In this document: positions 39,120 to 48,172 of the stretch, in pieces | Layout: every line of letters starts with the position of its first letter | How positions within the stretch are numbered: position 1 is the stretch's first letter | NCBI GenBank assembly: GCA_963666275.2 | Contig: CAXXOA010000001.1 | Span: forward strand, 576,001 to 640,000 | Origin: Oceanispirochaeta sp. | GTDB taxonomy: Bacteria > Spirochaetota > Spirochaetia > DSM-2461 | Direction of reading: 5' to 3' | Length of the DNA stretch: 64,000 bases | The notes under the pieces: generated by a model | Told to the model about the DNA's origin: nothing | Seen by the model: the letters and a program-made list of their open reading frames with translations, nothing else | Databases searched by the model: none | Program-made: the position numbers and the translations under genes

Positions 39120-42036
39120 AAAGCGTACACTCCTGCTTTCAGTCCCCGCCTTTCTTCTCTTTCTCCTTCTGGCCTTCCCTTTTGCCTACTGGCAGTTCTC
39201 CCCAGAGAGCGGTCTGGATATCCTTGTCTGGGAAAAGGAGGCTTACTCCGGCAGAAAAACTCACCCTCTGGAGTGGCTTTTCCTGTACAGGAAAGACCAT
39301 GTAACAGGAAATCGGACGATCCGGGAAGGAGATCCCAATATGATCCTGTTTTCGGGGGATTTCAGTTTCTCGTCCATCAATGAAGCCATAGAAGAGGCGG
39401 ATAGGATGAAACGGGCCGCCCTGGAGAGTGTCTATGCCTTCTGGGACGGTTCTGTGGCCGATGAGGCAGCAAGTCCCGCTCTGCGGAGCCGGATTGAGCA
39501 GTTTCTGCAGGTGGATTTTTCAGGCTGGACTCTGAAATATGATACGGATGAGGGGCCCTCTCTTGTTTTTATCTCTCTGACCGGAGAACGAGTGACCCTT
39601 CAGGGGGGGACGCATTTTAACGGTTTTGCTCCTTCCGTGTTCTGGGAAGGAAACGAGGTCTCCGTTAAAACCTACCTTCCCGTCTACCGTACCACAGAGA
39701 GCACCTCTTCTGAAGTCTCGGTGGATCTGCATCTGACAGAAGCGGGAGAGGACCTTCTCAGATCCCGGGGAATTCCCACGGAAATTCCCCTGATTATGGA
39801 GCACAGGAGCCCTCTGGGAAAAGCCGGATTCTCGGCGATCAGTTTTTCACTGCTCGAAGGGCTGCCCGGATCCCACCGGGTGGCGGGGCGGCTCTTCTAT
39901 AAGGCCGAACTGGCTCTGTTCAGCAATAACCTTTCCGAACTCTACTGGAGGATTTTCCTTCCCTGGCTGGATAGTAGGTCCCGTTCCCTCGGGGAGGATA
40001 GAGGATCTCCGCATCTTCGGGAAGAACCGGTCCGCTTTGTTCTGGATCAGGCAGGGTTCAGGAAAGTGGATCCGAAGGGAGGGGACAGCTCCTTCTATCT
40101 TCAGGGGGTCAATCTGGGGCCGGCTGTTCCGGGCCGCTGGTTTACCCAGTTTCCCGAGGATGAACACCTCTATTACAGATGGTTTACACAGATGAAGGAG
40201 ATGAATCTGAATACTGTGAGGATTTACACTCTGCTGCCTCCCTCCTTTTACAGAGCCTTTGAGCTGTTCAATCAAAACCATCAGGAGGACCCCCTCTATC
40301 TGATACAGGAAATCTGGCCCGAAGAGCATCCTCCCGGAGAGAACTATCTGGACTCCGCCTATGATGCGGCCTACCGGGAGGAGATCCGTCTGAATGTAGA
40401 CGCCCTTCACGGAAGGGCACAGGTAGCCCCCAGAACAGGACGGGCCTGGGGAGAGTATACGGCGGATATATCGCCCTGGCTTCTGGCCTGGCTTGTGGGA
40501 AGGGAACTGGAACCCGATGAGGTTCTGACTACCAACGCCCTCAACCCCGATTCCATATACCGGGGCAAATGGCTTTCCGCTCCCGAAGGACCGGCTACCG
40601 AAGCCTGGCTGGCCTCTGCCTGCGATCTTACCGTTGCCTATGAAAGGGAGAACTACGGGAGTTCCCGGCCCGTGGGGATTGTGAGCTGGCCTATTCTGGA
40701 TAGGCTCTCCCATCCGGTGGAGTGGATCGATCCCGCTCTGGAGGGACGGTCTCCCGCCAATGATAAAGCAGTGGTGGACATTGAAAGGATCCTTGTGGAG
40801 GATGCCTCTTTCGGAGGTTTTTTCGGAGGGTATCATATCTATCCCAACTACCCGGATTTTATGAACAACCAGTCCAGCTACGCTTCCTACACCGATCAGG
40901 AGGGAACCTTCCGCTACGGCGGCTATCTGCAGGAGTTTATGGCTTCCCATACAAAATATCCCGCCATCATAGCCGAATACGGGATTTCCACCAGTGCCGC
41001 TACGGCGCATCTGAATCCCGACGGCTATCATCACGGCGGTCTGACAGAAGAGATTCAGGGGCAGGGGATTATCCGGATGGACCAGGCGGCCCGGCGGGAA
41101 GGGTTCAGCGGAACCCTCATTTTTGAATGGATCGATGAATGGGCCAAGAAAACCTGGACCACTGAACCCTTTATGATTCCCTATGACAGGCAGGCCCTGT
41201 GGCAGAATGCTCTGGATCCGGAGCAGAATTACGGAATCATGGCTATGGAGGGAATCTCCCGGAGGGGAGAGAACAGCTCTCTTGATACGGAGGGAAAGAC
41301 TCTTATGACTGCCTGGGGATCCGAGTCCCATCTCTATCTGGAAATTCCCGATTCCCCTTTCACAGAAGGGGCAGGGAAGATACTGATAGGCCTGGACAGC
41401 TATAATCCCATGGAAGGGCTGCGGCAGTTTCCGGGTATTCCCGAACCAGCGGTTCCCACAGGCATAGAGAGCCTTGTAGAGCTCAGCCTGAAAGAAGATT
41501 CCGCCCGGATACTGAACATAAGCAGTTACAGCATTGCGGAAAAATCCTTTCGTTCCCGCTCCGGTGATGACCAGGAGTTCGTACCTCTGACCTATCTTGT
41601 GAACAGGGGCTATGTGACAGAAAAGGGTGAGACCGTGCCGCCGGGATATACTGACTGGAGCCGGCTCCACCGGGGAGCTTTTCCGCAGAACTACTACTCT
41701 GTATTCAGACAGGAGAAAGGAATTACCATCAGGATCCCCTGGACACTGCTGAATGTGTCCGATCCCTCTTCCGCCATGGTTCTGGATGATCCCGGACCCA
41801 TCGGCAGGATTCCCGAGCGGGACGGAATCAGAACCGCCCGGAGCCGGGAAATACTCATCTACTCCCTGGCCCTTTCGGATGAGGGTTCACTTCTGGGGAC
41901 CATTCCCGCCGGATTTGCCGAAACAGGAGACGCCCTCTCCTTTGTCTGGGAGCCCTGGGATGTTCCTGTTTACAGGCAGAGAGAGAAGGATTCTGTGGCA
42001 CTACTGGGAGAATACTTTTCCCGGGTTTCTCCTTAA
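39112..42036 (+). CDS. Membrane-anchored clan GH-A glycoside hydrolase/transglycosylase-like protein
   Basis: N-terminal TM; YLQGVNLG, NTVRIYT, VGRELEP, YHIYPNYPDF, IAEYG, FEWIDEW, EQNYG. Start at the ATG at 39112, overlapping the GT2 stop. Confidence 0.7.
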   Translation: MSKKRTLLLSVPAFLLFLLLAFPFAYWQFSPESGLDILVWEKEAYSGRKTHPLEWLFLYRKDHVTGNRTIREGDPNMILFSGDFSFSSINEAIEEADRMKRAALESVYAFWDGSVADEAASPALRSRIEQFLQVDFSGWTLKYDTDEGPSLVFISLTGERVTLQGGTHFNGFAPSVFWEGNEVSVKTYLPVYRTTESTSSEVSVDLHLTEAGEDLLRSRGIPTEIPLIMEHRSPLGKAGFSAISFSLLEGLPGSHRVAGRLFYKAELALFSNNLSELYWRIFLPWLDSRSRSLGEDRGSPHLREEPVRFVLDQAGFRKVDPKGGDSSFYLQGVNLGPAVPGRWFTQFPEDEHLYYRWFTQMKEMNLNTVRIYTLLPPSFYRAFELFNQNHQEDPLYLIQEIWPEEHPPGENYLDSAYDAAYREEIRLNVDALHGRAQVAPRTGRAWGEYTADISPWLLAWLVGRELEPDEVLTTNALNPDSIYRGKWLSAPEGPATEAWLASACDLTVAYERENYGSSRPVGIVSWPILDRLSHPVEWIDPALEGRSPANDKAVVDIERILVEDASFGGFFGGYHIYPNYPDFMNNQSSYASYTDQEGTFRYGGYLQEFMASHTKYPAIIAEYGISTSAATAHLNPDGYHHGGLTEEIQGQGIIRMDQAARREGFSGTLIFEWIDEWAKKTWTTEPFMIPYDRQALWQNALDPEQNYGIMAMEGISRRGENSSLDTEGKTLMTAWGSESHLYLEIPDSPFTEGAGKILIGLDSYNPMEGLRQFPGIPEPAVPTGIESLVELSLKEDSARILNISSYSIAEKSFRSRSGDDQEFVPLTYLVNRGYVTEKGETVPPGYTDWSRLHRGAFPQNYYSVFRQEKGITIRIPWTLLNVSDPSSAMVLDDPGPIGRIPERDGIRTARSREILIYSLALSDEGSLLGTIPAGFAETGDALSFVWEPWDVPVYRQREKDSVALLGEYFSRVSP

Positions 42037-42154
42037 GTTTGAAGTTATGACGAATGTTTTTGCCTTTTCTGTAGGCAACAGGGTTTTGAATTTTTCCGGA
42101 GAATTATAGATTTCCATCGTGAAAATGGCTTTATAAGCAAGTTTTAACTTTTCC

Positions 42155-42183
42155 TTGTTGGATGAAATTTATGGGTGTATAAT
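42155..42183 (+). promoter_or_regulatory. Sigma70-type promoter for the two-component operon
   Basis: TTGTTG, 17-bp spacer, TATAAT. Confidence 0.5.
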
Positions 42184-42217
42184 TGCCCACCAAATTTTTC
42201 AGCAAGGTGTCCAGAAT

Positions 42218-43546
42218 ATGAACACTTCCATATTGATTATCGATGATAATGAACAGTTTTGTCTCAGCCTGTCCCGCATGCTGGCGGACCGGGACCATAC
42301 TCTTTCCTATGTAATGAACAGTCTGGATGCCCTGGAATTCCTCTCCCGGAATGTGGTGGATATCATTCTCCTGGATGTGCGTCTGGGATCTGAATCGGGG
42401 GTGGAAGTCCTGATACAGATCCGTGAGCTCTATCCTGCTGTGACCATTATCATGCTCAGCGGCTACGCTTCCATTGAGACAGCCGTCCGTTCCATAAAAC
42501 TGGGTGCCTTTGATTATATCCAGAAGCCTGTGAAATACGAAAAGCTGATTAAACTCATTCAGAATGCCAGGACCCTGGCGTCTCTGAAGGAGGAAAATGA
42601 GGGGCTTCAGAAAAGCCTTCAGGATGTGATTCCCCCTATTATCAGTAAAGATCCCCGGATCCGGGAACTGAAAGGAACCATTCAGAAACTCTCCGAGTCC
42701 AGTCTGCCCATTCTTCTTCTGGGAGAAAATGGTACGGGCAAGGAGGTTTTTGCAGATTACATCTACTCCCGGAGCCATCGGAAGGCGAAAAAGTTTATAA
42801 AGATAAATTGTGCTGCCTTTCCCGACAGCCTGCTGGACAATGAGCTTTTCGGCCATGAAAAAGGGGCCTACACAGGGGCGGATACCCTGTATAAAGGGGT
42901 CTTTGAGAGAGCCCAGGGGGGCACCCTCTTTCTGGATGAAATCGGGGATATGTCTCTGGAGGTTCAGGCTAAAGTCCTGAGGGTTCTCCAGAACAGAGAA
43001 CTCTACCGTCTCGGCGGCAAAGATGTCATTCGTATCGATGTCCGTATTATCTCGGCTACAAACAAGAAGCTTGAAGACAGGATTAGTGAAGGCCGGTTCC
43101 GGGAGGATCTGTACTATCGTCTCAATGCGGCCATCCTTTCCATTCCCCCTCTCAGAGAGCGGAAAGAGGATATTCCTCTTCTGTCTGATACTTTTCTCAG
43201 GGAATATGCTTCCATCAACAGCCGCCCCCTGTGCTCCCTGGATCCGGAGGTCGAGAATCTTCTGAAGCACTATCACTGGCCGGGGAATATCAGGGAACTG
43301 AAAAATGTCCTCCACTATGCCGCCGCCGTGGCCTCGGGAAACTCTATTCAAAAAGAGAATCTGCCCCTGCAGATTTTTGAAAAATCCCGGGAGGAAACTG
43401 TCTCCAATCCTCTGGATGATTCGGAAAAAGCCGTGATTCTCAGGGAGCTTAAAGAGCATCATTTCAACAAGAAGAAAGTTGCCGACAGACTCAGCATAAG
43501 CCGGACAACTCTTTACAGCAAAATGAGAAAATATGGAATCGGATAG
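42218..43546 (+). CDS. Sigma54-dependent response regulator (NtrC family: REC-AAA+-Fis HTH)
   Basis: IIDDN...ILLDV receiver; GENGTGKE, ELFGHEKGAYTGA, FLDEIG, FREDLYYRLN, WPGNIREL; HTH LSISRTTLYSKM. Confidence 0.95.
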   Translation: MNTSILIIDDNEQFCLSLSRMLADRDHTLSYVMNSLDALEFLSRNVVDIILLDVRLGSESGVEVLIQIRELYPAVTIIMLSGYASIETAVRSIKLGAFDYIQKPVKYEKLIKLIQNARTLASLKEENEGLQKSLQDVIPPIISKDPRIRELKGTIQKLSESSLPILLLGENGTGKEVFADYIYSRSHRKAKKFIKINCAAFPDSLLDNELFGHEKGAYTGADTLYKGVFERAQGGTLFLDEIGDMSLEVQAKVLRVLQNRELYRLGGKDVIRIDVRIISATNKKLEDRISEGRFREDLYYRLNAAILSIPPLRERKEDIPLLSDTFLREYASINSRPLCSLDPEVENLLKHYHWPGNIRELKNVLHYAAAVASGNSIQKENLPLQIFEKSREETVSNPLDDSEKAVILRELKEHHFNKKKVADRLSISRTTLYSKMRKYGIG

Positions 43547-45383
43547 AAAGAAAAACAGACCCATCATGACCCTTAAGAATGTATCGATCCGCTATGGATC
43601 CATCCGGGCTCTGGATCATATCAATCTGAAAATTTCAGGAGGAGAGATCCACGCCATTGTGGGAGAGCATGGTGCCGGCAAATCCACCCTTGCCAAAATC
43701 GTAGCCAATCTGATTGTTCCCGATTCGGGCAGGATCCTCTACGAAAATTCCTCCTATGAAAAACTGAATTACAAAGAGACGATCCATTCGGGAGTCCGGA
43801 TGGTTTTTCAGAAGATCCAGCTGAATCAGAGCCTCACTGTGGCGGAGAATCTTTTTATTGCCAATAAGGACTCCTTTCAGTCCCGGGGCGGTCTTTTCAA
43901 TCCCAAAAGAGTGGAACGGAAAGCCGAGGAGTTCCTCAGGGAGAATCATTTTCCCCTGAAGTCCCATGATCTTGTGGCCAATCTGGAGCTCTCGGACCGG
44001 GCTCTTCTGAGTATCGTCAAAAATCTCTTTAATCCTCCCAAGATTCTGATCCTCGACGAAGCCCTCGAGAAACTCTCTGCCGAGGGGCTGGAAAGGATTA
44101 TCCGGGCTCTTAAGGAGCTCAGCGGCAAGGGCTCGGCTGTTCTATTTATAACCCACAGAATCGATGACCTCTATATGATAGCCGATCGGGTCAGTGTCGT
44201 GCGCAAAGGGGAAATCCTGATCTCCGATAAAATTGGAGAACTGGACAAAATCAGTCTTATCAAGATGGCCTATACACAGTTTTCCAATCTTGAAAAACAC
44301 TCCTCCCAGGCGGAGGAGTTCAACAAGCTTATGAAGTACAACGAAGTGGTCCTTTCGGATCTTCCCATCAGTCTTCTCATCACGAACTATGATAACAAAC
44401 TCCGTATGATGAATCAGAGTGCCCGCAGGCTCTTTTCCATAGACAGCAGCCGGGACGTGGGAGGAATCACCCTGGAAGATCTTTTCAGAAGCAATGAAAG
44501 GATTCTCAGCTTTGTGGAAGAGGCGATCCTGTTGGGAGAGAGTTCGTCCCGCTATAACGTTCCCCTGATTCTGGACAGCCGGCATTATATGGTGAATATC
44601 GTGATTTATCCCATTTACGACAGCCTGGAATGGATAGGGAATATGTTCATTCTGGAAGATATAACAGAACGGGAGCAGCTGAGGGATCAGCTTGTGCTTT
44701 CGGATAAACTGGCCTCTCTGGGGCTTCTTGCCGCGGGGGTGGGGCATGAAATCAATAATCCTCTGGGGGTTATTTCCAACTATCTGGAAGCCTTCAGGCA
44801 GAACAAAATCGCCCAGGAGGAAAAGGTTTCCGTACTGGAATACCTATTTGAACAGATCAATTACATCAGTCAGGTTGTGGGAAATCTGATCTCTTTTTCT
44901 GAAAATCAGAAGCAGGATACGGTCTCGCTGAACCTGAATGCGGCTATCCGGAATATTGTTGAACTTATCCGCTTCAACGGCTCGAAAAACAGGATTTCCA
45001 TCCAGTTCGAGCCGGCCCGGGACGAACAGATCTTTACCGAGATCAATCCGGGGGAGTTCAAACAGGTCATACTGAATCTCTTCAGAAATGCTTTTGAAGT
45101 CCTCCAGGAGGGAGGGAATATTCAAATCCGTTTATCCCTGGAAGAGGACGAGGGGAACCGGCGGATACGCCTGGATTTTCAGGATGACGGACCGGGAATT
45201 CCCTTTGACGATCCGTCGGATGTTTTTCTGCCCTTCAAATCATCCAAACAGACAGGAAAGAATTTCGGGCTGGGGCTCTCTCTCTGCTATAACATTCTGA
45301 AACGCTACGGCGGAGAAATTTCAGTCATTTCAGAAAAAAATTCCGGCTGCTGTTTCAGGATCTATCTGATTCCGGTTCTGTAA
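43533..45383 (+). CDS. Histidine kinase with an N-terminal sugar-ABC ATPase domain and a PAS domain
   Basis: GEHGAGKST, VFQ, ILILDEAL, FITHR NBD motifs; PAS-like MMNQSARRLF; GVGHEINNPL, QVILNLFRNA, DDGPGI, GLGLSLC kinase motifs; no TM segment. Confidence 0.88.
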   Translation: MESDRKKNRPIMTLKNVSIRYGSIRALDHINLKISGGEIHAIVGEHGAGKSTLAKIVANLIVPDSGRILYENSSYEKLNYKETIHSGVRMVFQKIQLNQSLTVAENLFIANKDSFQSRGGLFNPKRVERKAEEFLRENHFPLKSHDLVANLELSDRALLSIVKNLFNPPKILILDEALEKLSAEGLERIIRALKELSGKGSAVLFITHRIDDLYMIADRVSVVRKGEILISDKIGELDKISLIKMAYTQFSNLEKHSSQAEEFNKLMKYNEVVLSDLPISLLITNYDNKLRMMNQSARRLFSIDSSRDVGGITLEDLFRSNERILSFVEEAILLGESSSRYNVPLILDSRHYMVNIVIYPIYDSLEWIGNMFILEDITEREQLRDQLVLSDKLASLGLLAAGVGHEINNPLGVISNYLEAFRQNKIAQEEKVSVLEYLFEQINYISQVVGNLISFSENQKQDTVSLNLNAAIRNIVELIRFNGSKNRISIQFEPARDEQIFTEINPGEFKQVILNLFRNAFEVLQEGGNIQIRLSLEEDEGNRRIRLDFQDDGPGIPFDDPSDVFLPFKSSKQTGKNFGLGLSLCYNILKRYGGEISVISEKNSGCCFRIYLIPVL

Positions 45384-45384
45384 A

Positions 45385-45442
45385 CTGTTCATCATCTGAA
45401 CAGAATGCTGAACATACTGTTCATGTTCTGACAGAGTGTTCA
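45385..45442. promoter_or_regulatory. Candidate enhancer (UAS) for the NtrC-type activator
   Basis: CTGTTCA-N5-TGAACAG palindrome plus further TGTTCA/TGAACA half-sites, about 110-170 bp upstream of the sigma54 promoter. Confidence 0.6.
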
Positions 45443-45554
45443 GTCTTCTGTTTACTGATCCTGCAGGTCCGATTGTATTTTTGAGAGTCTGTGAGCGGCT
45501 TCTATAGCTGTTAGAGCTGTTTTTCTCCGGAATCCCGATGATCATCCTGATAAT

Positions 45555-45570
45555 TGGCCCGGCCTTTGCA
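45555..45570 (+). promoter_or_regulatory. Sigma54 (-24/-12) promoter of the sugar ABC operon
   Basis: TGGCCCGGCCTTTGCA: GG-N10-GC with TGGC and TTGCA. Confidence 0.8.
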
Positions 45571-45615
45571 TATAGAGACTTCAATGACTCCCTGAAAGGG
45601 AAAAAGGAGAAAAGG

Positions 45616-46566
45616 ATGAAAAAATTTTTAACCCTTATGATTTGTTTACTCGTATTGATGCCTGCTTTTATTACGGCAGGAGGAGCACAGGAGCCGGAAG
45701 ATGACAAACCCGTCGTGGGTCTTATCATGAAATCTCTGGCCAATGAGTTTTTCATGGCCATGGAAGAGGGCGCCAAAGCCTATGCCGAACAGGACGGAAC
45801 ATTTAAACTTGTGACAATGGGAATGAATTCTGAAACCGACTTTGATTCCCAGGTCAATGCTGTTGACAGCCTTATCGCCCAGGGTGTGGACCTGATTGTT
45901 CTGGCTCCGGCCGATTCGGCCGGTATGGTTGCTCCTGTAAAAAGAGCTATCGATGCGGGTGTGACTGTCATCAATTTTGATGTAACTCTGGATAAAGATG
46001 CTCTAAAAGCGGCCGGCCTTCCTGAAGAATTCCTTTTTGTAGGACCCGACAATACAGACGGTGCCGAAATGGTGGGAAACTACCTGGGTGAGACTCTGGG
46101 CGACGGAGGCAAGGTTTTCATCATTGAAGGCAACCCCGGAGCTGATAATGCCAAACAGAGGAAAAACGGTTTTCTGAAAGCTGTGGAAACCCATAATCTG
46201 GAGCTCCTGGCTTCCAATACCGCTCACTGGGAAACAGAAGAAGCCAACACTCTCATGACCAACCTTCTGACAAAATATCCTGATGTGCAGGGTGTTATGT
46301 GCGCCAACGACTCCATGGCTCTTGGTGTTGTCCGGGCACTGGAAGCCGCCGGCCGGGAAGATGTACAGGTTGTCGGTTTTGACAATATCCCTGCTGTAAA
46401 AGATCTCATCATGAATGACAAAATGCTGGCTACTGTTCATATGGACGGAGCTGAAATGGCTATTCTTGCCTTCAATGCCGGATTTGAAATCATTGATGGA
46501 AAACGGGAAAACCTCGGCTGGGTACAGTCTCCGCTTGTACTGGCCAATAAAGATTTCTTCAAATAA
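45616..46566 (+). CDS. Sugar ABC transporter substrate-binding protein (RbsB-like)
   Basis: Signal peptide ..TAGGAQE; VGLIMKSLANEFF, FVGPDN, CANDSMALG, VVGFD. Start at the ATG at 45616. Confidence 0.92.
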   Translation: MKKFLTLMICLLVLMPAFITAGGAQEPEDDKPVVGLIMKSLANEFFMAMEEGAKAYAEQDGTFKLVTMGMNSETDFDSQVNAVDSLIAQGVDLIVLAPADSAGMVAPVKRAIDAGVTVINFDVTLDKDALKAAGLPEEFLFVGPDNTDGAEMVGNYLGETLGDGGKVFIIEGNPGADNAKQRKNGFLKAVETHNLELLASNTAHWETEEANTLMTNLLTKYPDVQGVMCANDSMALGVVRALEAAGREDVQVVGFDNIPAVKDLIMNDKMLATVHMDGAEMAILAFNAGFEIIDGKRENLGWVQSPLVLANKDFFK

Positions 46567-46633
46567 TGCATCTGAAATAATGAACCGGACCGGGAGTCGT
46601 GTATGCTCCCGGTCTTTCTGAGGAGTTCCATAG

Positions 46634-48139
46634 ATGAACGTGGAAAATATAATCGAACTGAAGGATATCTCTTTGAGTTTTCCCGGGGTCAAAGCTCTGG
46701 ATTCTGTCAATCTGAGTGTGCAGAAAGGGGAAATCCATATCCTTCTGGGTGAAAACGGTGCAGGTAAATCGTCCCTTGTGAAAACAATCTGCGGTGTCTA
46801 TACCCAGAACAGCGGAGACATGGTTTTTGACGGAAAGCCCTACATGCCTCAGAACCCTTTAGCTGCCATTAAAAAGGGAATTCGTGTGGTCTATCAGGAA
46901 TTCAATATTCTCTCCTATCTTTCAATCGCAGAGAATATCTTTTTTGAAAAACTGCCTGTGAAAAATGGTCTGGTTGACTATAAAAAGCTTAACAGGGATG
47001 CCCGGCTTATTATGGATAAAGTCGGATTGACTCAGATCTCCCCCAGAACCCCTGTTGAAAATCTGGGAGTTGCCCAGATGCAGCTGGTTGAAATTGCCAA
47101 AGCCCTGTCGGGAGACAGCCGTATCCTGATTCTGGATGAACCTACTGCCACTTTAATGCCCGATGAAATTGACACCCTCTTCGCTCTGCTGAAAAAGCTG
47201 CGGGACGAAGGAGTTTCCATCATATACATTTCCCATAGACTGAATGAGATCTTCCGGATAGGAGATCGTGTCACTGTTCTCAGGAACGGCAGTCTGGTGG
47301 GAACTCACCCGGCTTCGGAGCTTGATATTCCCGCTATTGTGAAAATGATGGTCGGCAGGAGCATGGAAAAGGAGTATCCCTTTGACGAAACTGTCACACC
47401 GGGAGAACCGCTGCTGGAAGTGAAAAATCTCATATTCAAGGGGAATCCCGCCGCCAGATCCTTTACCCTGCGGAAGGGAGAAATCCTGGGAATCGCCGGG
47501 CTGGTCGGATCGGGCAGAACAGAAACCATGAGGGCCCTTTTCGGGGCCGATTTAAAAGTGGCCGGTGAGGTCATTCTCAACGGTAAGAGCCTGGATATCC
47601 GTTCCCCCCGGGATGCGGTGAAAGAGGGAATCTGTCTCCTCACTGAGGACAGGAAGCAGCAGGGCCTGATCCTGGATATGAATTGTGTTGAAAATACAAC
47701 CATTACGGACCTGAAGGCTGTCTCGGTCAAGGGGTTTCTGAACAGGAATGCCGAAAGAGCCGCCACGGAAAAACAGATCCGTGAAATGAATATAAAAACA
47801 CCGGGGATAGAACAGAAAACACTCTATCTTTCCGGTGGAAATCAGCAGAAAATCCTGATTGGAAAATGGCTCTACAGGGATTCGGAAGTTTTTATTTTTG
47901 ATGAACCCACCCGGGGAATCGATGTGGGGGCCAAGTATGAAATCTACCTCCTTCTCTGGAAACTCGCATCCATGGGGCGGGGCATTATTATGGTTTCCTC
48001 TGACCTTCCCGAACTGATGGGGGTCTGCCACAGGATCGCCGTCTTTTCGGATGGAAAAATTACAGGTGAGCTTGACCGCAGTGAGTTTGATGCGGAATCA
48101 ATTCTGACCCTGTCCTACAAGGAGTATCTGCATGCATAA
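46634..48139 (+). CDS. Sugar ABC transporter ATP-binding protein (RbsA-like)
   Basis: [45 protein letters not shown]. Confidence 0.95.
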   Translation: MNVENIIELKDISLSFPGVKALDSVNLSVQKGEIHILLGENGAGKSSLVKTICGVYTQNSGDMVFDGKPYMPQNPLAAIKKGIRVVYQEFNILSYLSIAENIFFEKLPVKNGLVDYKKLNRDARLIMDKVGLTQISPRTPVENLGVAQMQLVEIAKALSGDSRILILDEPTATLMPDEIDTLFALLKKLRDEGVSIIYISHRLNEIFRIGDRVTVLRNGSLVGTHPASELDIPAIVKMMVGRSMEKEYPFDETVTPGEPLLEVKNLIFKGNPAARSFTLRKGEILGIAGLVGSGRTETMRALFGADLKVAGEVILNGKSLDIRSPRDAVKEGICLLTEDRKQQGLILDMNCVENTTITDLKAVSVKGFLNRNAERAATEKQIREMNIKTPGIEQKTLYLSGGNQQKILIGKWLYRDSEVFIFDEPTRGIDVGAKYEIYLLLWKLASMGRGIIMVSSDLPELMGVCHRIAVFSDGKITGELDRSEFDAESILTLSYKEYLHA

Positions 48140-48172
48140 AAGGAAATCGGGATTTCACAGAAGGAGAACATC

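Noticed and set aside
39847..41670. 607-aa minus-strand ORF (likewise 13601-14746 and 37983-39038)
   Set aside because: Antisense shadows of the GH, speA and GT2 genes; no independent evidence.
42131..43567. 478-aa ORF antisense to the NtrC regulator
   Set aside because: Shadow ORF fully overlapping a well-supported gene; no recognisable motifs.
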